A stretch of DNA of 64,000 nucleotides from Felis catus (taxonomy: Eukaryota): contig NC_058368.1 in assembly GCF_018350175.1 (NCBI RefSeq), forward strand, positions 26,600,001-26,664,000, written 5' to 3'. The stretch's first letter is position 1, and every line of letters begins with the position of its first letter. Position numbers and translations under genes: made by a program. Positions 36,101 through 50,259 of this stretch are shown here, piece by piece. Below the pieces are notes generated by a model. That model searched no databases, was not told where the DNA came from, and saw only the letters and a list, made by a program, of their open reading frames with translations.

Positions 36101-36680
36101 ACAAGGCCAGGGACCACTCTGGGTTGAGTGGGTAAGAATGTTCACGGTAGTACTTAGCATCTGAGTTGTAGTTCGCCATCTGGGACAGAAAGGTGAAGCA
36201 GAGCAGTCCTGAACAGGAGGGCACACGTATGTGGAGACTCAGAATGTGTTAAACACAGCTTCTGAGGGAAGGGGACAGGGAGATATGGGGAGCAAGAATG
36301 TTGTTGCTTCTGAGCTTTAGGAAGTCACCAACAATTCCACTGTTGGAGAAATGAGTGCACATAAAGAAGCCTAAACCAGCAAGAGGCAATGAATGCAAAT
36401 TTCTGAGACTGATAGACAGCTACTGCTGACCTGAAGTCACCAGCCCGGCCCCCAGTCCTCACAGACTTCGCCTTTCCTGAACTCCTATCACACTTCCCAT
36501 CTTTATTACATGTTTTGGCATTTATACCGTACTCTGTCTTATGTTGCTTCCCAACTATGGTTTCATGTATATACATGATCTCTTCCCAACTTGAATATAA
36601 ACTCTTAGAGAGCAAGGCCATGCCCAACAACTGGCAAAGGGTATGAGTGAAACCAATTTTTAAAACTTGTATATAGAAGT

Positions 36681-36838
36681 GGGGTGCCTGGGTGGCTCAC
36701 TCGGTTGAGTGTCTGACTCTTGATTTCTGCTCAGGTCATGATCCTAGGGTCGTGGGATGGATCGAGCCCTGTGTCGGTTTCTCTCTCTCTCTCTCTGCCC
36801 CTCTCCCCTCCTCTCTCTCTCTAAAGTAAAAATAAATC
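36681..36838 (+). mobile_element. Can-SINE (older subfamily)
   Basis: ggggtgcctgggtggctcactcggttgagtgtctgactcttgatttc. Confidence 0.9.
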
Positions 36839-37070
36839 GGGGCGCCTGGGTGGCTCATTTGGTTAAGCGTCTGACTCAGGTCATGATCTCGTGGTTGGTG
36901 AGTTCAAACCCACGCCGGGCTCTGTGCTGACAGCTCAGAGCCTAGAACCTGCTTCAGATTCTGTGTCTCCCTCTCTCTCTGCCCCTCCCCTGCTCATGCT
37001 CTGTCTCTGTCTCTCAATAATAAACAAACATTAAAAAAATGAAAAATGAATAAAATAAAATAAAAATAAA
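36839..37070 (+). mobile_element. Can-SINE inserted at the A-tail of the preceding SINE
   Basis: Second complete head immediately after the first tail. Confidence 0.93.
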
Positions 37071-38194
37071 ATGTGCATATATGAGACACAATACAATCAA
37101 CTTGTATTGTGCATGGAAAGAAATTAAATAATAAGTATTGTAAAGAAGCAAACTAGCACTATAAAAAAAAGCATTCTTTACCTAATTTCCTGGTCCAGAA
37201 ACTATTTTTAAAGGATTTTAATAATAACATCTTAAACATACACGCAAGTAGAGAAAATAGTTTAACTCCCATACAGCCATCACCCAGAGTCCAGAATTTT
37301 CAAATTTTCACCAGTCTCATTTCATTCAGTCTCCTTTCTACTGAGAGTAATTTAAAATTTTTAATCACAAATCCCAGTTATATTACTTATCCTTATGTAC
37401 TTCAGTAAGCATCTCTAAAAAATATGGACATTTTCTTATATACATAACCACAATGTTTTCATCAACCTGATTAGCATCAACTTAAAATTAACAACAATTT
37501 CTGGATATTCTCTCAACTTCCTTGCTAGTTACCAAAGAGCAAGAACATCATTTAAAAGAAGGCCTGTTTCTCAGCCCATCACAGAAAGTCATGCTGGGAA
37601 CTGACAAGAGAAGGCAGCAATTAAAGTCAAGGTCAACTTTTGTTTGGCCATACTAGCCAAGTCTGACAATCATAGTCACAGGCTCAAGTAGGACTGGCTC
37701 AGAGTCCAACTTTCTGGAAAAGTGTTGGTGGGCCCCAGACAGCTAATGCTGTGTAGAAATGTGTATATGTGTGTCTAGCACAGGGACCATCTCTGGGGCA
37801 CGGAGGTGGGAATAGATTTCAAGAGGGGTGTGATGGCATTTAGGAGGGCTATGAATTTAGATGGGAACCTTTAATGGAAATTCAAAATTTCTTTCAACTG
37901 TAAATATGGACAACAAACCACAGAAGTATTAGTATCTATGACTTTGTCACCAATAGAAATGAAAATATTTAAAAAATATATTTTAATATTACAATTGTTG
38001 TAGATGTCATCAAATTTTGTAAATGCCTATTATTACTTTGAAATGATGTTAATCATTTTCCCAGCCCTAAATCTTGTTATATTCAATAAGAAAGCACACA
38101 TATTACTATATCACAAATTTGTTTTGTTTTACTTTTTTATTAGACAACTGCATTTTGATACACTTGATTTCCTTTGTAGTCCAGTGCATTTTAT

Positions 38195-38407
38195 TTAAAA
38201 AAAATTGTTTAATGTTTATTTTATCCTTGAGGGAGAGAGACAGAGTGCAAGTGGGGAAGGGGCAAAGAGAGAGGGAGAGAATCGAAGCAGGCTCCAGGCT
38301 CGGGGCTATCAGCATAGAGCCCAATTCGGGGCTTGAATTCAGGAATTGCAAGATCAAGACCTGAACTGAAGTCCGATGCTTCCCTGACTAAGCCACCCAG
38401 GCGCCCC
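38195..38407 (-). mobile_element. Can-SINE nested in a probable hAT-Charlie DNA transposon remnant (about 37780-38520)
   Basis: TSD gtgcattttattt. Confidence 0.92.
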
Positions 38408-39399
38408 TCGTGCATTTTATTTTATACATTTTAAGACAGTTTTCTGGGAAAGAGTCTGCAGGCTTCGCCAGACAGCCAAAGGAATGCATGGCCCAAAGAG
38501 AAAGATGAGGACTCCAGAAAGCCTAAGAGCTGGGATGCTGTGAGTGACGTTTAGGGGAGAAAAGGGAATTACCCCTTGCCTAGGTCATCAGTTTTTTGAC
38601 TCTGAACATAATAACCAAGGATGAGATATCAGCTCCTATAAGGAGCCCGGAAGTCCCTGCAAGAGCCACATGAAAGCCTGTCTCCAAAACGACATTTCTT
38701 CAGTGCTGGCATATGAGTCACAAATTTTGGCCAGCAATTGTGAAAGGATGCTCTAAGTCCTCCAGAGGCAGAGTACTATAAAAGTCTAAAGTATTAATAG
38801 AATTCCTCCCACCTCAAGGCTGTGGCTCCGCCCACGGCCTTGCAGGCAACATGAGGGGCATCCTGCCAGGCTGACTTCATGGAGGACCGATGGGGACAGC
38901 TTGCAGCTTACAATGCGATGCCAATACTGACTGTCGTGAATGGTGCGAGAAGGAGAGAAAGTGATTTGCCTAAACTCCCTTTTCTGGAAAATGGGAACAA
39001 TGCCCATTGCCACCTACCTCGCAGAGTTTTAAGTCAATCATTGTGGTGTTATGTTAAATCCTAGGAGTGTCACATTATCATAACATGAAAAACTTACCAA
39101 GCTTTGCTAAAGGCAGAGGGTTTTTAAAAATAGCCAGCTATTCCTGGGACCACATAGATCCATATTCTTTATCTGCAAATTCACCAACCTTATTTGCTTC
39201 TCACTGGCTTATGACTATTAGCATTATGCAGTGAATTGCATATAACTGCCTTATACAGTAACCATATCTTGAAATTTCCCAGGCAAGGGAAAAGCTCTTT
39301 GGCAGTTGTGTTTGCTTCCTATAGCCATAGGAATTTATCAGCCCTGGAATTTCACATCCACGTGTGGTGTGACTTTTGGCAGGAGTATGTTAACAACCA

Positions 39400-39885
39400 T
39401 CAAATGGTAAAAAACGGCTGGCAACCATTCACATTAGCTCCAAACTGGAAATGACCCAAATGTCCACCCATATTGAGTGAATTAAATAATTTTTGGTAGT
39501 TGCCTACAAGGGCATACTACACAGCAGAGAGAACGAATCAACTATTGCTAATTGGCAGTGACATCTATCAATCTCACCAATATAAGGTTGAGGGAAAGAT
39601 GCCAGACAGGGAAGAATACACACTGAATGGTTTCATTTACAGAGTTTATAAATGTGGGTTTATGACAAAGTGAGCCTGGGGCATTCAAAGTCAGAGCACT
39701 GGTTGTCTACGATGGCAAGTTGTGACTTGAAACGTGAAGCAATTTCTGGGGAGTTAGCACTAACTCTGTTTCTTGACATGAGTGCTGGCTACTGGGATGT
39801 ACTCATTTTGTGAAAATTTACTGAGCTGTACGCTTATAATTTGTGCATGTTTCTGTGTGTATGTTTTATACTTCAACAAAATTTC
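39400..39885 (+). mobile_element. Old L1 (L1ME-like) 3' fragment
   Basis: caaactggaaatgacccaaatgtcc ... tgtatgttttatacttcaacaaaa. Confidence 0.75.
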
Positions 39886-40004
39886 AGGCTTACATAAAGA
39901 CATGAGCAGGGCCCCCCATTTTTTTCCAATGCAGATATGTATTGTGTTCTTCCAGAGCACATACCTTTTTTACAGAGTTGGTGATATTTTAAAATAATGT
40001 TAAG

Positions 40005-40203
40005 AGGGGCGCTTGGGGTGGTGGCCCTGTCGATTAAGCAGCCGACTTTCGGCTCAGGTCATGATCACACGGTTCATGAATTCAAGCCTCGCGGGCTCTG
40101 CGCTGACAGCTCAGAGCCTAGAGCCTGCTTCCGATTCTGTGTCTCCCTCACTCTCTGCTCCCCCTCTCAAAAATAAATAAACGTTAAAAAATTAAAAAAA
40201 AAA
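40005..40203 (+). mobile_element. Can-SINE
   Basis: TSD aaaataatgtt(a/g)aga. Confidence 0.93.
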
Positions 40204-40999
40204 TAATGTTGAGAAATCTGCAATTTTCAATTGGGGCTTTTGATAATATGCAAATCACCAAAAATAATTGCCCATCCACCCCTGAATTGGGTTATCATTC
40301 TTTTTATTGACGTATCTGTTCATCTTAAATAATAGATATCATAAAGCCAACTGTGTGTTCTAATGACTTGTTAAAGTGGCCGGATACAAAGTGAGCCATG
40401 ATGGGGACGGCCTTATCGGAAGCTTCTCTGCAGGAGGCAGGACGGTGGTGTAATTTTGCCCTGGTAAGGCCACCCGGTCAGGTTGATACACTGCATCCAG
40501 TGTAGCGCATGCAGCAGGAAGAAGGAGGAACTTCTATGTGGTCAACGCAGAGAGGGCCTTTTTCCTAACTGGTGGACCTAAATGGGTACTATTTCAGAAA
40601 GAGGATGTGACAGGGATACAGCTTGCTTCTGTCCCCCACAGGGCCCTTTTCTCTGCTCATCAATGTTGATGTCGGGCACTGTCCCTCCCTCCTCCAGTTA
40701 CCTACCTTTTTTTTCCCCCTGTTTTTACACAGGAAGCCTTTGGGAACCATCTCTTTTCTTTTACATCTCCCTTTTGTTCCGCCCCACGCTCCAGAGCAGA
40801 GCTAAGGGTTACACTGTTCACTTTGTAGAGATAAAAGGTGGGAGTCCTGTTTAGGAGCCACTGAAAGCCGGTCCCTAGGGTTGATGTCTAGGAGGAATTT
40901 CATAAATCCTTGTTCAAAAAAGGAACTACAGATTCCTGGTATTTCTTTTGGCCCCTCTGCATTTTTGTCTTTCCCTTATTCTGGGCTATTCTGATTATC

Positions 41000-41230
41000 A
41001 GTGAGGTACAGTGGAAAGCGAGCGGGTATCAGAGTTGGACAGACCTGATGCCGGAATCCTGCCCTTTTCTCGTCACTTTTTTAACCCTGGGCAAGTTGTT
41101 TATCTTCAGTTTCATTTTCCTTAACTGTAAAATTGGGATGATACTATCTTCTTGCAAGGGTCTGGGGAAGATTATATAAATAAAAGGTATGTGGTTCCTA
41201 ACAGTGTTTGCACACAGCATTGCACATTTA
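41000..41230 (+). mobile_element. MIR remnant
   Basis: ggtacagtggaaag...accctgggcaagtt...ctgtaaaattgggatg. Confidence 0.8.
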
Positions 41231-41639
41231 TTCATTTTTTCATTCATGCGTTTGATAAACAGAACCATGGGGAGGGATGCATTTGTAATCAACAAATGTA
41301 AAAATGCCTTTTTCGTTATGGGTTTATAATACAAATATATGATCAGTTATCTATCTATCTATCTATCTATCTATTCATCATCTTTTAGCTGTCCAGGCAT
41401 CCATTCTTTTATCTTTACATGTATGTGATTGTTCTATCTGTATCTGTTGTGATAATATCAAGTACTATACGTGTTTGCTAATATTATTAATGATAATATT
41501 ATAACTCTGTACATACAGAAAAATGTCTGTATAACTATATACACTGAGATGTTTACATTACAATTATTTCAGGGGCATAAGATATGAAGTGGGTTTTTCA
41601 GTTTCTTCTTTCAACATTTCTATGTTGTTTGAAATCTTT

Positions 41640-43450
41640 AGCAGCAGCTAACATTTTCAAAAAAAATTAAAATACTAGAAATGTTATGAACTAAAAAATT
41701 TGAAAATTTAGAGAAAATGGAAAACATATTACATGTCAAAACTGAAATAAGAAATAGGGAACTTGAATAGACTAATAAGTTTTAAAGAAATTAAGTGACA
41801 ATTGATAACTTCTCCCTCTCCCATCCAAGTACTAACCAGGCCCGACCCTGCTTAAACTTCTCCCTCTCAAAACACTATAGACCCAAATGGTTTTTCAGGT
41901 GAGTTCTATCAAAGTCTTGAAGAACAATACATTTTTATCTGCATTGTAAGTTATTCCAGAAGAGACAAAACCAAATGCTGCAAGCTCATTTCATAAACTT
42001 GGTATAAATGAGATGAACACAGTATAAACAAAGAAAGAAAACTATATACCTTTTTCTCTTATGCAACTAGATGAAAAATCTTCTGAAATATCAGCTATTT
42101 GATTCCAACAGTATGTTTTAAAATAATACAGCTTGATTAATTAATGGTTAGTCATTAGGGATTCTGCCAACATAATTCAGAACATTAATAGATTAAAATT
42201 TTTAAAACTCATGATAGTTTCATTTGATGCAGAAAAAGCATTCAACAAATTCTTTACTTATTTATGATTAAAAACTCTTAGCAAACTAAGAGTAGAAAAG
42301 GATTTCTTTAATTCCCTTAAATGGATGATGGTTATATTCCAAAACCATTTTTACTTAATGGAAAAAATTTAAGTCCATTCCTGCTAAGACTGGAACAAGA
42401 GAAATATTGTCAAAAACCACTATATATTACAACTAACACTATAATGTTGGAAATCCTGGCCAGCCCTGAATAAAAGAAAGAAATAAAGGAATTGGAAAGA
42501 AAGAAAATTATCAGTTTTTTCAGGTGCTATACTTACCTACTGAAAAGAACCAGTAGAATCAACAGGTAAATTATAAGAACTTGATGGGTATGTGATGAAA
42601 TTATGAGAGCATTTCCAACAGCAAACAGCTTTAAAATGTTATTTTAAAAAGGCAAGATACCGTTCACATATCAACAACTGAAAAATGTTGGGTAATTAAC
42701 GTAACCAAGATTATATAAGTCCTCTTTGAGAAAACGTAAGAGTTCTAATAAAGGACATAGAAAACAAAAACAAAAACAAAAACAAGTGAATGAGTAGCAT
42801 TCCTTGTTCTTGACCCAAAGGACTTAAAATCGTAAAGATATCAACTCTCCCCATATTTGTTGTAGTTGCAACAAAATTCCATGGATCTTTGAGATCCATG
42901 ATAAATTTATTTTAAAATGCATCTGATGTTGAGGCAGTGAAGGACTTTTTAAACAAAAGCTTCCAAAAAACATGGGATAAAGTTGATTAGAGAGTACATC
43001 AAAGTTAAGGATTTATGTTATGCGAAGGGAACATGGATAATGTTAGAAACATACTTCAAAATGGGAGAAGAGCCTTTACAATGTGTCAACTGGATGAGAG
43101 ATTCCCATCTAGAATATAGAACATAAATCAAATAAGAAATCTAATAAACAAATCAACAGGAAAAAGACAGTGACCTCAATAGAAAAATGGGCAAAGTAGG
43201 TCAACAGGCAACTTACAGAGAGATACACTCAGAAAGCTAACACATCATAAATAACTCAGCAAACTGACATAACAATGAGCTATAATTTTATACCCAGTTG
43301 ACTGCAAAGGTTTCAAAAGCTGAACTACACTCTGTGTGAGCTGGATATGGACCTAGGTCCTGCTGGCGAGAGTAAGGACCAACACAGTGATTGGAAAGCA
43401 CAATCTGTACTACTCAAGCAAAGTACGAACACCCATGTCCTATGAGCTGG
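41640..43450 (+). mobile_element. Degraded L1M ORF2 fragment
   Basis: RT motif tcatttgatgcagaaaaagcattcaacaaa (SFDAEKAFNK) near 42220; A-rich; many stops. Confidence 0.85.
41817..41854 (-). pseudogene. Internal 38-nt 5S rRNA fragment (tailless retropseudogene)
   Basis: Reverse complement TAAGCAGGGTCGGGCCTGGTTAGTACTTGGATGGGAGA matches vertebrate 5S rRNA; TSD aacttctccctctc at 41807-41820 and 41855-41868. Confidence 0.92.
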
Positions 43451-43933
43451 CAAGATTGAGAGGAGGGTAAGGAAATGGGAGTAGAGAAAACAACAAAGAT
43501 TCTGGCTTAATTGACTGGGTAGATTCAGGTGACATTACCCAAGGTACAGAATGAAGAAGGAGGAAGAGCTGGTCTGGGGGTAAAGATGATGTTTTCCAAT
43601 TTGGATCTGTTAAGAATTATGAACTCAGGGGATGCCTGAGGAGAATAGTAGACACTCCATCGATATTATCTTCTCTCCAATCAGGTAAGTTCCCTTTTTC
43701 TTCTCTGTTTAGGAAAGACTGAATTTTATTTTGTAATTTTCTCCAACTTAAATGCTGTTAGTTTTTTGTTGATAAGGACCAACGTTTCTACTCCCACCTT
43801 CTCAAAAATAAAAGAATGAATAGATGACACTGATTTTTAAGATCATCAAAACGTTTAAGCTATTGTTAGGAACTGAGTGGGAAGAGATCCCTACTTTTTC
43901 TAAGTCACCGAATGTCAACATTCTTGGGCATAT

Positions 43934-44120
43934 ATTTTTTTATGTTTATTTATTTATTTTGAGGGGGGGGGATGGGCAGAGGGTGGGAAAGAGAATCCTA
44001 AGCAGGCTCCACACCCAGTGCAGAGCCCAATGCCGGCCTCAGTCTCACAGACCATGAGATCATGACTTGAACCAAAATCAAGAGTCAGCCGCTCAACCCA
44101 CTTAGCCACCCAGGCATCTC
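43934..44120 (-). mobile_element. Can-SINE
   Basis: TSD tcttgggcatat. Confidence 0.9.
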
Positions 44121-44454
44121 TTGGGCATATTATTTTAAGTGAGGTAAAGAATGGTTAAAAGACATCATGTCAGACTGAAAAGCTCATGTGTTTTGGTGCC
44201 AGAAAACCTGAATTTAAATACCAGCTCTGCCACTAGAGAGCCATGCAACTTGGGGGAAGATATTTAGCCTTTCAATAAATGTAACTAATAAAAATTACCT
44301 TTTTGTAATGTTATTAGGGTTAAATAAAATCATATAAATCAAGTGTCAGACACATAATAAATGTGTCATAAAGGCTATTATTAATTATTATTTTTTCTAT
44401 ACCATTGTAGACCCTTATCTTCAATAATTCTAAATGTCACAGAATAGTCTACAT

Positions 44455-44997
44455 CAACACTGTCCGATAGGAGTACAAGGCAAGCCATATAGGATGTTTA
44501 AAATTTTTAGTAGCCATACTGAGAAAGTAAAAAGAAACAGGCCAAATTGGTATTAATAATACACTTTAGGGGCGCCTGGGTGGCTCAGTCGGTTAAGCGT
44601 CCGACTTCAGCTCAGGTCACGATCTCACGGTCCATGAGTTCGAGCCCCGCGTCGGGCTCTGGGCTGATGGCTCGGAGCCTGGAGCCTGCTTCCGATTCTG
44701 TTCTCCCTCTCTCTCTGCCCCTCCCCTGTTCATGCTGTGTCTCTCTCTGTCTCAAAAATAAATAAATGTTAAAAAAATAATAAAAAAAATAAATACACTT
44801 TAGCCCAATATATGCAAAATACAATTTCAACATGTAACCAGTATGAATGTTATTAATAAGATATTGTACATTTTTGTTTTTGTATTGTTTTCAATATCTG
44901 GTGTGTACTTTATACATGAAACATAACCTCAGTTCTGATGAGCCACACCTCAAGTGCTTAAAAATCACATGTGACTAGTGGTTACTTCGTTAAATGG
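44455..44997 (+). mobile_element. MER33 (hAT-Charlie) interrupted by a Can-SINE
   Basis: Matches recalled MER33 consensus; 8-bp TSD gtctacat at 44447-44454 and 44998-45005. Confidence 0.85.
44569..44792 (+). mobile_element. Can-SINE
   Basis: TSD aatacacttta. Confidence 0.96.
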
Positions 44998-45183
44998 GTC
45001 TACATCCAATGTTTAAATCCTGCATTATTTAAACATTCTCTTAAAAATCACCAAGTTCCTCTGTATGGTTCTCAGATAGTAAGAGTTTGTCTAACAAACA
45101 GCATGGCATTTCTCCCCCACCTCAGCCATTAGAAATGGAGATTCTTTGGAACACTCATTAGGTAGTTTGAACTTCTGGCAAGA

Positions 45184-45400
45184 GGGAGTGCCTGGGTGGC
45201 TCAGTTGGTTAAGAGTCTGACTTTGGCTCAGGTCATGATCTCACAGTTCATGAGTTAGAGCCCTGCGTCGGGCTCTGTGCTGCCAGCTCCGAGCCTGGAA
45301 CCTGCTTTGGATTCTGCCTCCCTCTCTCCCTGCCCCCCCCCCCCCCCCCGCTCACATTCTGTCTCTCTCAAAAATAAATAAACGTTAAAAAAAAGTTTAT
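45184..45400 (+). mobile_element. Can-SINE with internal poly-C run
   Basis: TSD gaacttctggcaag. Confidence 0.94.
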
Positions 45401-45949
45401 AGAACTTCTGGCAAGTGGTCTTTGCAAATCTCCCCCCTTTCCCTCCTGGCGGCTACATGGCCTTGGAAGGATCTCTTGAACCAGCCCACAGAGCAGTTTT
45501 GGCTGCACTTTGAGGGGCTGAGGATTTTCTGACTCTCCTCCTCGAGGTTCAGAATATTAATTCTAAAAGAGATCTTATTCCCTCCCAGACCTAGGAAGAT
45601 CCAAACCACAGTAGCCATTAAACCAATGGGAAGGAGGGAGGCAAAGTTTTCCATGTGGGGCTCACTCACGTTCCAGTGCAATCAAGCAGACCATTTGTTC
45701 TGTTTGGAATTAGTTTGGAATGAGACAGAGAGGAAAGAAATACATATTACATAAACTTACGGGAACCACAAACTGGATAAGACAAGTATTAACAATACTT
45801 GAAACATGAAAATGTATGAAATTACTACCTTTCCCTGCAGTATCTAATGGAATACCCTGCTTTGGGTGAGAGTGTGACCGGGTGACTTCTCTCAGATCCA
45901 TTTTAAGTCTATGATTCTCTTGTTTTTGAAATAATTATGTCGAGAACTT

Positions 45950-46290
45950 TTTTTTTTTAACTTGTGGTAAAAACACATAACATGAAGTTTCCTATCTTAA
46001 CCACTTTGAAGCGTACTGTTCAGTAGTGTTAAGCATATTCGCATTATTATGAAACAAATCTCCAGAATTTTCTTGTGTTGTAAATACAAAACTCTGCCCA
46101 CATTCAATGAAAACGCCCTTCCCCACCTCCCACCCCCCCAGCCAACAGACAACCACCACTCTACTCTCTGTTTCTAGGAGTTAGCCTGCTCCGGATACCT
46201 CATATAAATGGAATCAAACACTATCTGTCTTCTTCTGACTGGCTTATCTCACTCAGCGGAACGTCCTCAAGGTTCATCCACACTGTGGCA
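45950..46290 (-). mobile_element. Old L1M 3' end
   Basis: gtggtaaaaacacataacat ... ctcatataaatggaatca ... ctggcttatctcactcagc ... aaggttcatcca. Confidence 0.85.
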
Positions 46291-46940
46291 ACGTTCTTTT
46301 TGAGTTTAGTTTTCCAGATCTATCATTTTAAAAAATGCATTTGGCTTGATTCACCAAACTTTTACGAGGCAACCACTATCTGCTACATGCTCTATCTATT
46401 TTCATGTTAAGTGGCTTGAAAACTGGAATATTCCGTCTCAAGTTAATGTAGCCACGGTTGGGACTTCCTTGAGACTTACTCCAGGAAGCTCTGAACAACA
46501 GGCCAGGGGATACATCGCATTGTGTCCCATTTAAATTCCATCCATGCTCCTCAGCCAGACGCTTCATTACTGCGTGTTTTCTCACTCCCCTAGGGGCTGA
46601 TTCAGGTCCACGGATTATGGAGAACATAGGTAAAAGTAAGCACGGAATATGCGTGTGGCCTTGAATGAGGTGGAGATCCTTTCGTAAACTCATTATTTCA
46701 TTCTCAGTGATTTGGGTGGCTCACCGGCGATAGGCTGGCCAACAGCAAAGAATCTCACATCACCAGACTCTGTCCCCATCCTCTGTCTTTCCCATTCCCA
46801 ACACTTGGTATCTCCAGAGCAGCAGGGAATGCAATCCTGCCATGTGCAGCTTAGCTCAAAGAGAAAAGGCACAGAGTTCCAATTTGTGATTCCCAGCCTG
46901 AAAGGGACCAATAAACTGTTGTTCTGATAAACAACACTTG

Positions 46941-46984
<44 letters not shown>

Positions 46985-49699
46985 GAAGGCATTAAACTGA
47001 CCTTCTTTTGAAAGGGGCTAGACAGGGTAAACAGGAGAGGTCTTGTTTTCTCTTCGTCCTGGAAAAATAACATTTCTCCCTTTCCAGCTCAGTACAGTTG
47101 ACTGAATTGGAAAGGAATCTATTTTCTCTGGAAAGATTTATTTGCCCAACAGTCATGTTTTTGTATATGTGTGTGTGTTGGCAAGAGGCGATAGATTTTC
47201 AGAACAAGGGTCGTCTTGTTCACAGTTTAAAGGGGCCCAGAAGTTGACTAAGGAACTGAACGTTAGGGAAAACTTTTGCAGCCTTCATTAATGCTATATA
47301 CAGACTCCCAGTACATCTCCGGTGGGCCTGGGAGATGGGGCAGTGACTCTGTGGTGCCACCAAACTCATCTGAGAGCAGGTAGAAACATTTCCCCTTCCT
47401 TCACCTCAATCTCAAGACATGTGACAGCCAGAGTCTGTAAGAAAGCATCTGCGTTTCTAGTTGTTTCCAACAAAGTTAAACAATATTTGAATAAAGCCAT
47501 GTGGAAAAGTTAAGCACAGAATTTCCTCCTTTCCCCACAACCAGACTTCTTTCTCCCACCTGAGGACACATGTCCCAGGATCAAGCAAAGGAGATATATA
47601 AATTCCTTCCTGGCCAAATCAGAGATAAGATGCACAGGAATTATTAGCTGTCCCCATCTCCTCTCACCTCTCATCTCCCCTACTCATCTTGACACAGGAC
47701 AGGTATCACATTGAAGATTCGGGACCAAATATGTTCTCCTTTATGAAGAATGGATTTCACTACTTTAAGTTTTCTCACATTGTGTGCCAGGCATTAATAT
47801 CGCATAAAGTAAAATTGTGTACTTGGGGATATATTTTTTTGAGAACATTTCTCTGGAGGTGGGTGGCCTATTTCTTGTCAACTCAAACAAAAAGTTGAAT
47901 ATATGTATATACCCTGACACCAGAGATGCACTGTACTTTAAGCTGGTGGCTCCTTCCCCTGGTTTTGTTTGTTTCTTTCTTTCTTTCCAAGTCACCGTTT
48001 GCCGCACTCAACTGACATCTCAGCTAGATTTTGCACAAGTGACTTTTCACCCAGCTGGTCTTTGCCTTGCCAGGTGCGGCTGGCCAACATAAAGAAAGAA
48101 AACGTGTTTTTCCTTTTAGCAGGAACGTTAAAACTTTTCCCCCATTTTCCATCACCCGCTGTCTGTTTTCAGGGAAGCACAGATCAGCAGAAACCAGAGG
48201 AGTCTGAGATTGCTCCTTCATAGGTGTTGGCTCTGAGCCTTTTCGTGCATTTAATTTAGCAGAAGTCCACATCGTGAAAGGAGGGCAAAATGTAATTTTT
48301 CTTTGATGGCAAAATGGTTTCCATGAGGAGAAACTGGCTGACGGCACCGAGTCCCGTGTTGCTGGAAGCCTTCACAGCAGCTACCCACCTTTGTCTTGCA
48401 CCCAAACTCCCCCAGAGGCTGGCTGCGCTCACGGGGCCGAACGGCTTTCCCCTCAGCAAGTGCATACCTTCTTGAGGCATTTTTAACTGTCACCAGTAGA
48501 TTTCCATTGTGTGCCAAAGTCCACGTACCTGGCAGAATTGGCAATTTCATCAATTCCTAGCGTGTTCTTTATTCGCCTGGTTGAAAGGTAGTTGGGACTG
48601 AATCTGAGCTAAATGGGTTTTGTACTTGTTTTCAAGCAGCCCAGCACAGCGACTCCCAAAGAATCAGCATGCTTCTCCGGGAAAGACACCAGAAGTTTTC
48701 CAGGGTAGGGTCCAGCTTTTCTTCTTAATCTCTTCTCCAGATATCTACCCCACGCTTGGTGTTAAATAAATATTAATTGGAAATGCTGACCACAAGGTAG
48801 CAGAAATGGAAGAGAGGAGAGAAATATGTCAGCTCGCTGCGGGTTAGCAAAGGATAAAACAGGGTTGATCATCCAGGAGAGCTGGACCTGATTCTCCATC
48901 TCTTATTCTTGTAGGCCTCACAGCCAAGAGAAGTTTCCAGGCCTCTCTCTGCCACGATCCCTTCTCTGATTCGCCTCCAGTGATGCCCTCTCTACTCTGC
49001 CCATTCGTCGTCCATCAGCACCCTTCCTTTCCCACCCCAAGGTGCTGAGAACCTCCAGGGTAAGTGCCTCCCCTATCTCTCATCCTATCTCTTTCCCTCC
49101 AGCCACTGGCCTTGGGATGGGAGTGGGGGGAAGGGGGGATTAGAAGCAGGAAATCTCTTGGCTGGGGTATCATGTAGCTAGTTGAATCTTGCCCCCAGGG
49201 TTTCCAAATGTAGGACAAGAGGTTGCTGCCTGGAGTGGTAAGAAGGAGATTTAGGGATGTTAGCACTTGCCACCTAATTGTCAAGGTGGGCTGTTCACAG
49301 ACATGTGTTCTTCCCTTGAGTTGTGGACAACAGGGAGAAAATGTAAACGAATAGGGAGAAAATGCACTATCTCCGCAGCTGGCTTCAGAATTTCTCCTAT
49401 CTTGATGAACCAGCCTGATGTGAAGAGTTGAGCAGGAAGGTTAGGCCCCAGGAAAGTTATGGAAGGAAAAAATAGAACGAAGAGAGGACTATACAAAACA
49501 ATGAAACTGTAATACTTTTTGCTAATGAGGATGGGGGTAGAGTGTTGAGCTACCAGGTAGTAGATCTCAGTTGATGGAAAAAATGTTTATGTCATATCAT
49601 TTTTAACTGTTTTATTTGTTTGCACTGGTATGATGTAAACTCCTCTATTTAAGTAAAGGGCATAAAGTACATATGAATTACAATAAAGTACATGTAAAG

Positions 49700-49702
<3 letters not shown>

Positions 49703-49749
<47 letters not shown>
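49703..49749. repeat. (TG)n microsatellite
   Basis: Direct reading. Confidence 0.95.
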
Positions 49750-49752
<3 letters not shown>

Positions 49753-50259
49753 ATCGAGGGATCCTTCTGGATTTTCTACATTCAGGTCCACATGTTAGAG
49801 AAAGCCCACAGTGGACAATGAGATGATACACATATTGAAACACAGAGTCAATATGTCAATGGGAGGGACTGGAATCTGATCAGCAATATCGAAAGGCATA
49901 CCTTCCTTATGCATCCAGAATCCAAGAAGCAGAAGGTTTGCGAGCTCCTTCAGGTGGCAATGAAAAGCAATTCATTTAATACTCAAAAGACAGATTTTGT
50001 TTTTCTCTGATGCCTTGGTTAAATGAAGAGCACATTTAGTAAAGTAGGGAGACAGGGCTGGGCAGCCATTTACTGACTTGATTTGGGTCTAGCGGTATTA
50101 CCTGGGAAAAGACACAAATGGAAAGAAAATGTAAACTTCTATCAGCACTTTGACCCTACTGAAAGAGATTGCCTTCTTTCACAAAAATATATGGATCAAA
50201 GGTATATGGAATCATCCGCAAATGTTGTCATGAACTTAAATTTGACAAAAGCCATACAA

